Made by a program: the position numbers and the translations under genes. From Candidatus Fokinia solitaria (lineage in GTDB: Bacteria; Pseudomonadota; Alphaproteobacteria; Rickettsiales; Midichloriaceae), in contig NZ_CP025989.1 in the NCBI RefSeq assembly GCF_003072485.1, positions 420,001 through 452,000 of the forward strand: DNA of 32,000 nucleotides. The letters run 5' to 3'. Of this stretch, positions 7,767 through 15,842 are shown in pieces. Numbering within the stretch: the first letter of the stretch is position 1; each line of letters begins with the position of its first letter. The notes under the pieces were generated by a model that saw nothing but the letters and a program-made list of their open reading frames with translations, made no database searches and was not told the origin of the DNA.

Positions 7767-9431
7767 ATGTATACCATCGGCAAAAAATTTTACTCGCATA
7801 TGGATAAGAGATTTTTTACCGTTCTACTACTCTGCGTATCCTTCTTAATAGGATGGCAGATGTTTGTTGTGCCATTCTTCACAAAAGATGCTGAAAAGCA
7901 AGAGATCTTAGCAAAGAAGTATGAATCTTTAGATCAATCATCAGATCTTGCTATTGATGCAAGCATTCATTCTCCTCATGATACTACTTCTATCGATATA
8001 GAAAATGATTACGTAAGAGTGCAAATTAATCCACTTGGTGCAACTCTGAGTGAAGTAAATTTGAAGAAATTTCTCGATGATAGTGGTAAGGAAATCGAAC
8101 TTTTATACGATCACTCTCCTAGAGATTACAAAGGTACCGTAGGATTTTCGTATGATGCCGCTGTTGAACAATCAGACTTTTACCCTTCTTCTCAAAGTTT
8201 ATGGAATATTCATAAAATCGCTGAAAATGCAGCAGTTCTACAATTTCAAAATAAGTACGGAATAAGATTTTATATATCGCTTGAACTCGATGAAAGCTAT
8301 ATTTTATCCGCTAAATATTGGTTTGATGGAGACTCTTCTATGAAGATTTCAGCTTATCCTTTTATGAAATTTCAAAAAAATACCAAAGAGTATCAGTACT
8401 CTATAATGTATTCTAAGAATGATAAGTTATACGAAATAGGACAATCAGATGATGAAAGATTAACAGCGAATGATGTTAAATGGCTTGGCATTGGAGAAAA
8501 GTACTGGCTATTAGCTACATTCTTTCCTCAAAAAGGCAATATGAAGCTTATGGTTAAATCAGTAGAAGCGGAAGGAGTGAAATTAATAGGATATAGAATT
8601 ATGCTAAGAGCTGACGAAGCCCTCTTACCTAATAAAAAGTCTGAAATATTACTATTTATAGGCCCTAAGCAACATGCGGTAATACAACAATGTGAAGAAG
8701 AATACTCTTTAGCTTTGTTTCATAAAAATATGGATTTCGGAATATTATACTTCATAGTAGTACCGATATATAAGCTCTTGATAGGAATTAATAAATTCAC
8801 CAACAATTTTGGAATATCTATCATATTTCTTACGATCATAATAAAGACTTTATTAGTACCTATTGCTTACTCTGGTGCAAAAAATACTAAGAAAATTAGC
8901 CTTGTTGCGCCGGAAATAGAGAAGATTAAACAGCAATATGGAAATGATAAAATAGGCGCGCATAACGCTACGATGACATTGTATAAACGCTATAAAATAA
9001 AACCGTTACGTACATTGTTGATGCTCTTGATACAACTTCCAATCTTTTTCTCGCTGTATAAGATTTTCTCAATCGCGATAGAAATGCGACATGCTTCATT
9101 TGCCTTTTGGATTACTGATTTATCGATACCTGATCCAAGTAATATATTTAATCTATTCGGATTATTGGACTTATCTCTTCCGAGTGGACTACGCTTAAAT
9201 CTGCTTTCCATACTCATGGCTGGCACATTATTCATACAGCAGCAGGTACAAGCATATGGAATACCGCAAAGTCCAGAGCATAATCTAGCATTTAAAATAA
9301 TGCCTATCATAATGCTTTTCATCTCACTGTCATTTCCTTCCGGGTTAATGATATACTGGATTACTAGTAATGTATTCTCCATTGCACAGCAGTTTTGTAT
9401 GCGTTATGCATTGAACAGTATAAAGCTGTAG
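7767..9431 (+). CDS. yidC: Membrane protein insertase YidC
   Basis: 554 aa. It has an N-terminal TM helix, a large periplasmic domain, and a C-terminal multi-TM core with LYKRYKIKPLRTLLMLLIQLPIFFSLYK and GLMIYWITSNVFSIAQQ blocks. An alternative start lies at 7800 (MDKRFF...). Confidence 0.9.
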   Translation: MYTIGKKFYSHMDKRFFTVLLLCVSFLIGWQMFVVPFFTKDAEKQEILAKKYESLDQSSDLAIDASIHSPHDTTSIDIENDYVRVQINPLGATLSEVNLKKFLDDSGKEIELLYDHSPRDYKGTVGFSYDAAVEQSDFYPSSQSLWNIHKIAENAAVLQFQNKYGIRFYISLELDESYILSAKYWFDGDSSMKISAYPFMKFQKNTKEYQYSIMYSKNDKLYEIGQSDDERLTANDVKWLGIGEKYWLLATFFPQKGNMKLMVKSVEAEGVKLIGYRIMLRADEALLPNKKSEILLFIGPKQHAVIQQCEEEYSLALFHKNMDFGILYFIVVPIYKLLIGINKFTNNFGISIIFLTIIIKTLLVPIAYSGAKNTKKISLVAPEIEKIKQQYGNDKIGAHNATMTLYKRYKIKPLRTLLMLLIQLPIFFSLYKIFSIAIEMRHASFAFWITDLSIPDPSNIFNLFGLLDLSLPSGLRLNLLSILMAGTLFIQQQVQAYGIPQSPEHNLAFKIMPIIMLFISLSFPSGLMIYWITSNVFSIAQQFCMRYALNSIKL

Positions 9432-10061
9432 ATGAGTAAAACGCTGATAAATAGCAGAGAAATATCTAAGATATTTAAAATACTTCAGCTTTCCATCTCA
9501 AAGCCAGAAATAGAGCTTAATTATCATAATCCATTCTCGTTACTTGTAGCTGTTATACTATCAGCACAAAGTACTGATATAATGGTCAACAAGATTACAG
9601 ATAAGCTATTTAATATAGCAAAAACTCCCGAGGAATTTTTAAAGCTTGGAGAAGAAGGTTTGAAGCAGTATATTAAATCTATTAACTATTTTAACGTAAA
9701 AGCTAAACATATTACTCAATGCGCTGCACTGCTTCTGAATAGAGACATGCCAGATACTCTTGAAGAACTTGTGAAACTTCCTGGAATTGGAAGAAAATCC
9801 GCTAATGTAATATTAAATGTGATATTTCACAAACATACGGTAGCGGTAGATACTCATGTATTCAGAGTTTCTAACAGAATTGGACTCTGTAGTACACAAA
9901 ATCCATTTCAAACAGAAATTATATTAGAAAAGATAATACCAAAACGCTTTCTAAAAATTGCGCATCATCTTTTAGTTTTGCATGGAAGATACACATGTAA
10001 AGCGAGAAAGCCACTATGTTTAGAATGTAAAATTAATAAATTATGCAAAAAACTTCTTTGA
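9432..10061 (+). CDS. nth: Endonuclease III (DNA glycosylase/AP lyase)
   Basis: HhH-GPD signature LPGIGRKSANVILN...AVDTHVFRV, with the catalytic Lys and Asp positions retained. The C-terminal 4Fe-4S cluster motif is CKARKPLCLECKINKLC. The ATG directly abuts the yidC stop codon. Confidence 0.92.
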   Translation: MSKTLINSREISKIFKILQLSISKPEIELNYHNPFSLLVAVILSAQSTDIMVNKITDKLFNIAKTPEEFLKLGEEGLKQYIKSINYFNVKAKHITQCAALLLNRDMPDTLEELVKLPGIGRKSANVILNVIFHKHTVAVDTHVFRVSNRIGLCSTQNPFQTEIILEKIIPKRFLKIAHHLLVLHGRYTCKARKPLCLECKINKLCKKLL

Positions 10062-10156
10062 AAAATTTCAAGGTTATTCTCTCTTTCACATTTAAAGCAT
10101 TTCGATGTTTTAATAGTAATTTATGTGCCATTTATTAAGCGTAAAGCTTGCAGCAA

Positions 10157-10978
10157 ATGAAGATTTACGATAAACAAACGCCAAGACCGTTTATAAAATG
10201 GGCAGGAGGAAAAAGAATGATATTAAACGAGCTTCTTACCGCTTTGCCAGTAAAAATAAACGATTATTATGAACCTTTCGTAGGTGGTGGTGCTTTATTT
10301 TTTAAAATTTATAAAACAGCTAAGTATTGTTATCTTTCAGATTTAAATTCAGTTCTAATTGGCAGTTATAATGCAATAAAAACCGATACTGTAACGCTTA
10401 TCAAAAAGCTACAGTATCACGCGTTAAATCATACGACAAAATATTATTACGAAATTAGAGAGCATTTCTCTCAATCAGACGATTTGATAGAACGTTCAGC
10501 TAAATTTATATATCTTATGAAAACGTGCTATAATGGACTTTATAGAGTCAATAAGAGCAATAAATTTAATACTCCTGCTGGAAATTATAAAAATCCCGGC
10601 ATTTGCGATAGTGCTAATTTATACGCTGTTGCCGAGGCACTTCAAATGACTGATGTTAGCTGCCAAGATTTTGAGTATATTACCCCTAAAAAAGGCGATT
10701 TTGTCTACTTCGATCCACCGTATCACAGAGTGCAAAACAACTCTTTCGTAAAATACACCGATATTGGATTTTATGAGCAAGAACAAGTAAAACTTAGAGA
10801 TTTTGCGGTAATGCTTGGTAACCGAGGCGTAAATGTGATGATCTCAAATTCTGATACTGCTTTTATCAGAGAGTTATATTCTAATTTTAAAAGCCGTACA
10901 ATCCTTGCGCCAAGGATAATAAATTGCAAAACAAGTAGAAGAAGTTCTGTTTTGGAAAGGTTAATCACGAATTATTAA
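10157..10978 (+). CDS. dam: Dam-family (D12 class) N6-adenine DNA methyltransferase, no adjacent nuclease
   Basis: FIKWAGGKR, then EPFVGGGALFF (FxGxG, motif I), then FDPPYH (motif IV, nt 10712-10723). This is the alpha-class motif order typical of the Dam/DpnIIA family. The ATG is at 10157 and the ORF track starts at a TTG at 10148. Confidence 0.88.
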   Translation: MKIYDKQTPRPFIKWAGGKRMILNELLTALPVKINDYYEPFVGGGALFFKIYKTAKYCYLSDLNSVLIGSYNAIKTDTVTLIKKLQYHALNHTTKYYYEIREHFSQSDDLIERSAKFIYLMKTCYNGLYRVNKSNKFNTPAGNYKNPGICDSANLYAVAEALQMTDVSCQDFEYITPKKGDFVYFDPPYHRVQNNSFVKYTDIGFYEQEQVKLRDFAVMLGNRGVNVMISNSDTAFIRELYSNFKSRTILAPRIINCKTSRRSSVLERLITNY

Positions 10979-11032
10979 ATTTGAATCGGTAATAATTTCT
11001 CCGCCTTTTGATACGATCTCATTTACATTTTA

Positions 11033-11076
11033 GCGCTAATAGTTCCGTTGAGATTGTTAGCGCACTTTTCATTTTT
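11033..11076 (+). terminator. Possible intrinsic terminator after dam
   Basis: GCGCTAA (11033-11039) pairs with TTAGCGC (11057-11063), followed by ACTTTTCATTTTT. A 7-bp stem is within chance expectation for a window this size, so this is weak. Confidence 0.3.
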
Positions 11077-11209
11077 CAAATGAGTTAGAGATAGCTACTT
11101 CTTTTCAATTATAAGTGTTCATCATTTTTTCAGAAATATGATAGTTGATTTTTTGATATCTTTTGAATATCTAAACTCGATACCAACTTCTTTCTTAGAG
11201 AATTTTTCC

Positions 11210-12094
11210 TTAAGCTTTCGCAAAAAACTCCCTACGCAGCAAATTAATCACAAACGAATTTCCAGCTATAAAGCCACTTGTACATAGTGATTCGGGATCA
11301 CTTAAGTATTCTCCAGTAAGTGGAGAGATGAATTTATAATTTGATTGCTTTAATATAGCAAATCCTGCTGCAACGTCCCATATTTTACATGAGTAGTGCA
11401 TTACCGCAACAGCCTTTCCCGTCAATAAATATATCATATCTGACACTATCGAACCGCTAATACGTAAACAACACTGAAATGCTTTAATTTTTTCGAGAGT
11501 AGCATTAAATTGCGCTGCTTTATCACTAGTGTGATCCATATCTTCTTTCGGAAAGGAAAACATAAAAATACTGTGCGCCAAAGCTGTCTTTTCTAACTTA
11601 CCAGCAATTTTGTTATGCAGCTTTACATTATTACCGTTTTTATCTGATAAAAACGCACCTTCTAATGTGCTAAAATATGCTTCAGATAAAATCGGCAAGT
11701 ATATAACACCAACAATTACATCACGTATTATCGCTTTGTCATTTTCTACATTGCCTCTAGCTAGAGCTAGCGATATTCCTATAAGCGGATGATGATTTAT
11801 AAAGTTTGTAGTACCATCCAACGGATCTAGTACCCAAATCAAATTTTGATTCTGCGCTTGCATATTGCATGTATATGCAATGTCAGAATTTTCCTCTGTC
11901 AAAAAATGATACTTATACCCTGCACTAAAAAGTTCTTTTACAATATTGTTTTCCGAGTATAGATCTGTCTTCGTAAAAAAACTTGCCACTCCTTTTGATT
12001 GAGGCCTATTCTCTCCTTCGTAGAAATCTCTGCTAACATAAGTGCCGGCTTTTCTCACAGCAGCTAACATTGTTTTTAGAGCGTTATCTAGCAT
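11210..12094 (-). CDS. suhB: Inositol monophosphatase family protein (SuhB-like)
   Basis: 294 aa. The WVLDPLDGTTNF motif, the FLTEE metal-binding region and a C-terminal WDVAAG block are typical of the IMPase/SuhB family. Confidence 0.88.
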   Translation of the reverse strand: MLDNALKTMLAAVRKAGTYVSRDFYEGENRPQSKGVASFFTKTDLYSENNIVKELFSAGYKYHFLTEENSDIAYTCNMQAQNQNLIWVLDPLDGTTNFINHHPLIGISLALARGNVENDKAIIRDVIVGVIYLPILSEAYFSTLEGAFLSDKNGNNVKLHNKIAGKLEKTALAHSIFMFSFPKEDMDHTSDKAAQFNATLEKIKAFQCCLRISGSIVSDMIYLLTGKAVAVMHYSCKIWDVAAGFAILKQSNYKFISPLTGEYLSDPESLCTSGFIAGNSFVINLLRREFFAKA

Positions 12095-12112
12095 GCAACG
12101 GCATAAAGAGTA

Positions 12113-12643
12113 TTATATCACTGGTATTTTACTCCACTTCAGATCTTTATAAAGGGAGATATTAATAGAAGTAATATAGTGAAGGATGCTTTCAATATCT
12201 ATATCAAATGCATTGCTATCATGCAATTTACGTAGCAAGTTGTCTTTATATATAGGATTATGAAGATCGAGTGATATATCTTGTATGTTTACTATGAGTG
12301 CTATTCTCTGTAAAGTGCGCCATATACTGGTATTCAGCAGTTCATACTCTTTTAATCGCATTCTACTCATAGCGATAAAAAGCTCAGGGTTATTATGGAT
12401 ATTGTTAAATGAATCGCCTAGTAGTACAGGTTGATGCGTAGGTAATTCCTCATGCGCCATTCCATGAGGTATGAAAGAGATTTTTTTATGACTCCAAAGC
12501 ATACCATCGTAGAATAATTCTTCCTCACGAGAGGTGAAAGAAACGAGTACTCTGCTGTACTTACTCAGTGCACCATCTATGATATTATATGTCATAGAGT
12601 GCTGCTCTACCGCATTCTGCGCAAGAAATAATGTCATCTCCAT
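12113..12643 (-). CDS. holC: DNA polymerase III chi subunit-like protein
   Basis: 176 aa. ...SRVLVSFTSREEELFYDGMLWSHKKISFIPHG...HQPVLL parallels the HolC pattern (RVLI....L D..LW....SF.PH....PV.I). Similarity is moderate and no search was run. Confidence 0.6.
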   Translation of the reverse strand: MEMTLFLAQNAVEQHSMTYNIIDGALSKYSRVLVSFTSREEELFYDGMLWSHKKISFIPHGMAHEELPTHQPVLLGDSFNNIHNNPELFIAMSRMRLKEYELLNTSIWRTLQRIALIVNIQDISLDLHNPIYKDNLLRKLHDSNAFDIDIESILHYITSINISLYKDLKWSKIPVI

Positions 12644-12648
12644 GGTAG

Positions 12649-13074
12649 TTACAGCGTATCAAACACATTTACATCATTGTTAATTCTCAGCTTAAAAAAA
12701 GCGCCTTCTCTTATTGCTGTAGTAGGAGTATTTTTCTTATGTATATCCACTTCTATTGCATGCTTAAAAGGATTTTCTGAAGATTTTATAATGTAGTCAG
12801 TGATAATTTCGTATATGGCATATGCGAGTCTCTCTATTGTATTGAAAGAAGCTTTTTCCGCAAATAAAAGTATTTTATCGCATAATGACTTATAGCATAC
12901 GCAGGATGATATCCTATCATCTAAACATGCATTTGGTAGTGTGGAAAATTCTAGAGAAACATCTATCCATACTTCTTGTTTAAATTGCCTCTCTTCTTTA
13001 GAACATCCAAGATGAACAAGTAATGCGAGTTGTGAAATTCGCAATATTGCTGTAGAAAAATCTGATAGTCCCAT
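12649..13074 (-). CDS. folB: Dihydroneopterin aldolase-like protein
   Basis: 141 aa. ILRISQLALLVHLGCSKEERQFKQEVWIDVSLEF...CYKSLCDKI...FNTIERLAYAIYEII resembles FolB (I.I..L....G....E....Q....D.... Y......V.......L.E.LA). Moderate confidence. Confidence 0.55.
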   Translation of the reverse strand: MGLSDFSTAILRISQLALLVHLGCSKEERQFKQEVWIDVSLEFSTLPNACLDDRISSCVCYKSLCDKILLFAEKASFNTIERLAYAIYEIITDYIIKSSENPFKHAIEVDIHKKNTPTTAIREGAFFKLRINNDVNVFDTL

Positions 13075-13081
13075 ATGCTAA

Positions 13082-14020
13082 ATGAAAACTGCATCGTTCG
13101 TGTTGAAATCGTTCTACTCCAAGTTAAAAGAGTTCTCAATCTCTAACTCATTAAAGACTCTCTTTTCTAATGAGAATGATGATATCAGAAGTAAAATGCT
13201 ACTTTCAGAGTTAGAGAGAGTATTGATAGAGGCAGATATCAGCGTGCATTTAGTACCTCGTATTACGCAACAAATAAAAGGTAACACATTTGAATCGGTA
13301 AAAGAGGAATTGAAAAGTAGTATTACGCAAATTTTGAATATCGTAGAGCATAGTAGCCCTCTTTCTAAAGCACTATTTGATAAGATTAAATTGAAGGAAA
13401 AGCACTACTCTATACTAATTTGCGGAGTAAATGGCAGTGGAAAATCTACAACAATAGCTAAAATCAGTAATCTACTAAAGTTGAATGAGTATAAGATTAT
13501 AGTTGCGGCTGCAGATACATTTAGAGCTGCGGCAACTGAACAGCTAGAAAGGATGTTGTTAAAAGTCGGAATAGCATCTCAAGATATTTTTGCACCTTCT
13601 GGTAACTGCGATCCTTCATCGGTGTGCTATCAAGGCTTTGAAGAAGCAATAAATAAAGATTACGATATTTTTATTGCTGATACTGCCGGTAGATTGCCGA
13701 CTAACGTTGATTTAGCGCGTCAATTGGAGAAAATGGCAAAAATTATGAATAAGCTGCATGTCAATGCGCCTTCAGAGGTTATTTTAGTAGTAGACGGCAC
13801 TTCCGGACAGAATGTCTTATCACAAGTGTCTGCCTTCAATGAAATAGTGAAAATTAGCGGACTTATAGTGACAAAATTAGATAATAGAGCTAAAGGAGGC
13901 ACTATCATTAGTGTCGTTGATAAATATAAAATACCTGTACTGGCTATATGTAGCGGAGAAAACATGAGTGCAATACAAAAATTTGATGTAAAAGAATTTG
14001 TTGATAATATGATACAATAG
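13082..14020 (+). CDS. ftsY: Signal recognition particle receptor FtsY (short form, no acidic A domain)
   Basis: GVNGSGKSTTIAKI (G1), DTAGR (G3), TKLD (G4) and AADTFRAAATEQL blocks. 312 aa. Confidence 0.93.
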   Translation: MKTASFVLKSFYSKLKEFSISNSLKTLFSNENDDIRSKMLLSELERVLIEADISVHLVPRITQQIKGNTFESVKEELKSSITQILNIVEHSSPLSKALFDKIKLKEKHYSILICGVNGSGKSTTIAKISNLLKLNEYKIIVAAADTFRAAATEQLERMLLKVGIASQDIFAPSGNCDPSSVCYQGFEEAINKDYDIFIADTAGRLPTNVDLARQLEKMAKIMNKLHVNAPSEVILVVDGTSGQNVLSQVSAFNEIVKISGLIVTKLDNRAKGGTIISVVDKYKIPVLAICSGENMSAIQKFDVKEFVDNMIQ

Positions 14021-14087
14021 AAGACTTACTTGATGAGTCATTTACTATAATATAGGAAAATATTTCAGAATTTTATATATTATTAAT

Positions 14088-14504
14088 ATGAGTAAATATA
14101 GAAGATTTGCATTGAATAAACTGATTCGTAGCAAAATTAATGTTAACAGCGAACTCGTAAAACACGGCTGTAAGCTCGAATGCGTAGTACTTGAGGAAGA
14201 TGAATATGAAAATAGCTTAAAAGCTAAATTAATGGAAGAAGCACAAGAAGTGATAGATTTTAAAGATAAAGAAGAATTAATAGAAGAAATAGGAGACCTA
14301 CTAGAGGTGATAAATGCAATATCCTCTTTTTATAAGATATCGCGCAGTGAGATAGAAAGAAAAAGAGAAGAAAAGAAAGAGAAAAAGGGAGGCTTTGAAG
14401 AGCGTATATTCGCAAAATACCTTGATATACCAAGTGATTGTAGCACGATAGCATCGTACTATGAAGAAAGAGCGGAAAAGTACCCTGAAATAGAATTATT
14501 ATGA
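14088..14504 (+). CDS. MazG-like all-alpha NTP pyrophosphohydrolase (PRA-PH-like house-cleaning family)
   Basis: NKLIRSKI...EDEYENSLKAKLMEEAQEV...EELIEEIGDLLEVINAI...EIERKREEKKEKKGGFEERI matches the KLVRDKIP...L.EE..E....EEL.EE.ADLLEV...KK..+GGF..+I pattern of small MazG-superfamily proteins. Confidence 0.72.
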   Translation: MSKYRRFALNKLIRSKINVNSELVKHGCKLECVVLEEDEYENSLKAKLMEEAQEVIDFKDKEELIEEIGDLLEVINAISSFYKISRSEIERKREEKKEKKGGFEERIFAKYLDIPSDCSTIASYYEERAEKYPEIELL

Positions 14505-14658
14505 TATCTGATGTTATTCCTACTTGACATCAGAATAATGAATTTTCTACCATTCACCTTGTAAATTGAGGTCGTAACCTCTTTTTGTAACTTGCATAGA
14601 TAGCGTTGGTGCGTACTGAGTGCGTTGTTATTTATGCTAATTTAAAACCAAACGCAAA

Positions 14659-15570
14659 ATGACTACAGAAAATCAGAACGACAGTAAAGCTTTCTATGGA
14701 CGGCTTTTCACCGTTAAATCCTTGTTAGAAGGAAATGTGCAATACGGACATTCTCCAAGAAGATGGAATCCGAAAATGGAGAAATATATATATGGAATAC
14801 AAGGCGGAATGCACATCATCAATTTGAAGCTTACCGCGATACATCTCGAAAAAGCACTTCGTATACTAAGAGATTGTGCAAGTAAAGGAGGTAAAATACT
14901 GTTCGCTTCTACTAAAAAGCAAGCAGCTGGTATCGTATCGAAATATGCTATTGAATGTAAGCAATTTTACATGGAAGGTAGATGGCCAGGTGGAGTATTA
15001 ACGAATTGGAAAACTTTCTCTACTTCGATATCAAAGCTGGACAAATATGATAAAATGCTAGAATCAGGTGAAAACAGTGCATTAACGAAAAAAGAGAAGC
15101 TGATCTTAAAGAGAGAATATGAGAATTTGCTAAAATTGCTTGCTGGTATAAGACATATGGGTGGCGTGCCAAGCATGCTATTCGTAATAGGTAATATAGA
15201 AACTAAGACAGCGATACAAGAAGCTAAGAGAATGAAGATTCCTATCATAAGTATAGTTGACACTAATGCTAATCCAGAAGGTATAGATAACATCATTCCA
15301 GGTAATGATGATTCAAGAGTAGCTATAGAACTTTATTGTAAATTGGCTAAAGAAGCTATTTTAGAAGGATTAGCAAATCCTACTAGTGATAGTAGAAGAA
15401 GCAGCTATCCTAAGAGAGAAAACTTTAGTAATGACAAGCAAAGAGGAGAAAAAGTGAAAAAGCTTCGAAATTCTGTTGTAGATCCTTCGAAAAATTTAAA
15501 ACCTATTCTAGAAGTTGCAGAAAATGCAAAAGTTGATACCACAGAGGAAAGTAGTAAAAAAGCTGAGTAA
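14659..15570 (+). CDS. rpsB: 30S ribosomal protein S2 with a basic/acidic C-terminal tail
   Basis: VKSLLEGNVQYGHSPRRWNPKM..YIYG..GGMHIINL, GRWPGGVLTNW and IVDTNANPEGIDNIIPGNDDS blocks. About 60 extra low-complexity C-terminal residues. Confidence 0.95.
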   Translation: MTTENQNDSKAFYGRLFTVKSLLEGNVQYGHSPRRWNPKMEKYIYGIQGGMHIINLKLTAIHLEKALRILRDCASKGGKILFASTKKQAAGIVSKYAIECKQFYMEGRWPGGVLTNWKTFSTSISKLDKYDKMLESGENSALTKKEKLILKREYENLLKLLAGIRHMGGVPSMLFVIGNIETKTAIQEAKRMKIPIISIVDTNANPEGIDNIIPGNDDSRVAIELYCKLAKEAILEGLANPTSDSRRSSYPKRENFSNDKQRGEKVKKLRNSVVDPSKNLKPILEVAENAKVDTTEESSKKAE

Positions 15571-15842
15571 ATTGAAAAGGATTTGTAACTCACCTTTGTA
15601 AAAAAGCTGACTACAGCTCTTGCCTCATCGTGCGTTGATATTGATGAGGTAAGAGGTGGAAAAGTTTTCGATATGTTTAAAGAAAAACTTTCTTTTCATA
15701 TTAGATTTTTTCGCAATATGCTAAGGTATTGAGTTGCATTTATCAGTGAATATCTGTATATTACTCTAAGCTTGATGAGGGTCTGCTCGGTATACTTTGC
15801 GTACATCGTTATGCCTCTCAACGTTCTAATATTTAAATTCTG

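Noticed and set aside
9432-10978. nth plus dam considered as an unconventional glycosylase-type restriction-modification pair
   Set aside because: The Nth protein keeps the housekeeping HhH-GPD catalytic Lys/Asp and the 4Fe-4S motif, and its start codon abuts yidC. m6A does not create the deamination mismatches that link glycosylases to m5C methylases. Adjacency is more simply explained by insertion of dam next to a core gene.
11089-11097. The 9-mer TAGCTATCT or its complement recurs in three intergenic spacers (11089-11097, 29854-29862, 31039-31047) and once inside a CDS (20941-20949, where it is part of the near-palindrome AGATAGCTATCG)
   Set aside because: There are only four copies. The flanks are not conserved, and position and orientation relative to start codons are inconsistent. 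It could be a half-site of a regulator, but the statistics are too thin to claim. A genome-wide motif count would be needed.
10062-11209. Possible direct repeats flanking dam (ACATTT.A.GC ... TAATAGT present both upstream and downstream), considered as an insertion footprint
   Set aside because: The matches are short, gapped and AT-rich, well within chance, and no integrase or transposase is nearby.
14507-14534. 8-bp hairpin TCTGATGT/ACATCAGA just after the MazG-like stop, and a nearby TTGACA (14524-14529) with a weak TACCAT 18 nt downstream, considered as a terminator and rpsB promoter
   Set aside because: With roughly 32 kb and loops of 3-12 nt, I estimate that roughly ten or more 7-8-bp inverted repeats are expected by chance in AT-rich sequence. 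There is no U tract after the stem and the -10 match is poor. I noted it but did not call it as a feature.
15673-15732. 19-codon upstream ORF (MFKEKLSFHIRFFRNMLRY) in the rpsB-infB spacer, considered as a possible leader peptide
   Set aside because: The purine-rich element is about 14 nt from the ATG, which is too far. There is no regulatory codon run and no evidence of conservation. It is indistinguishable from chance.
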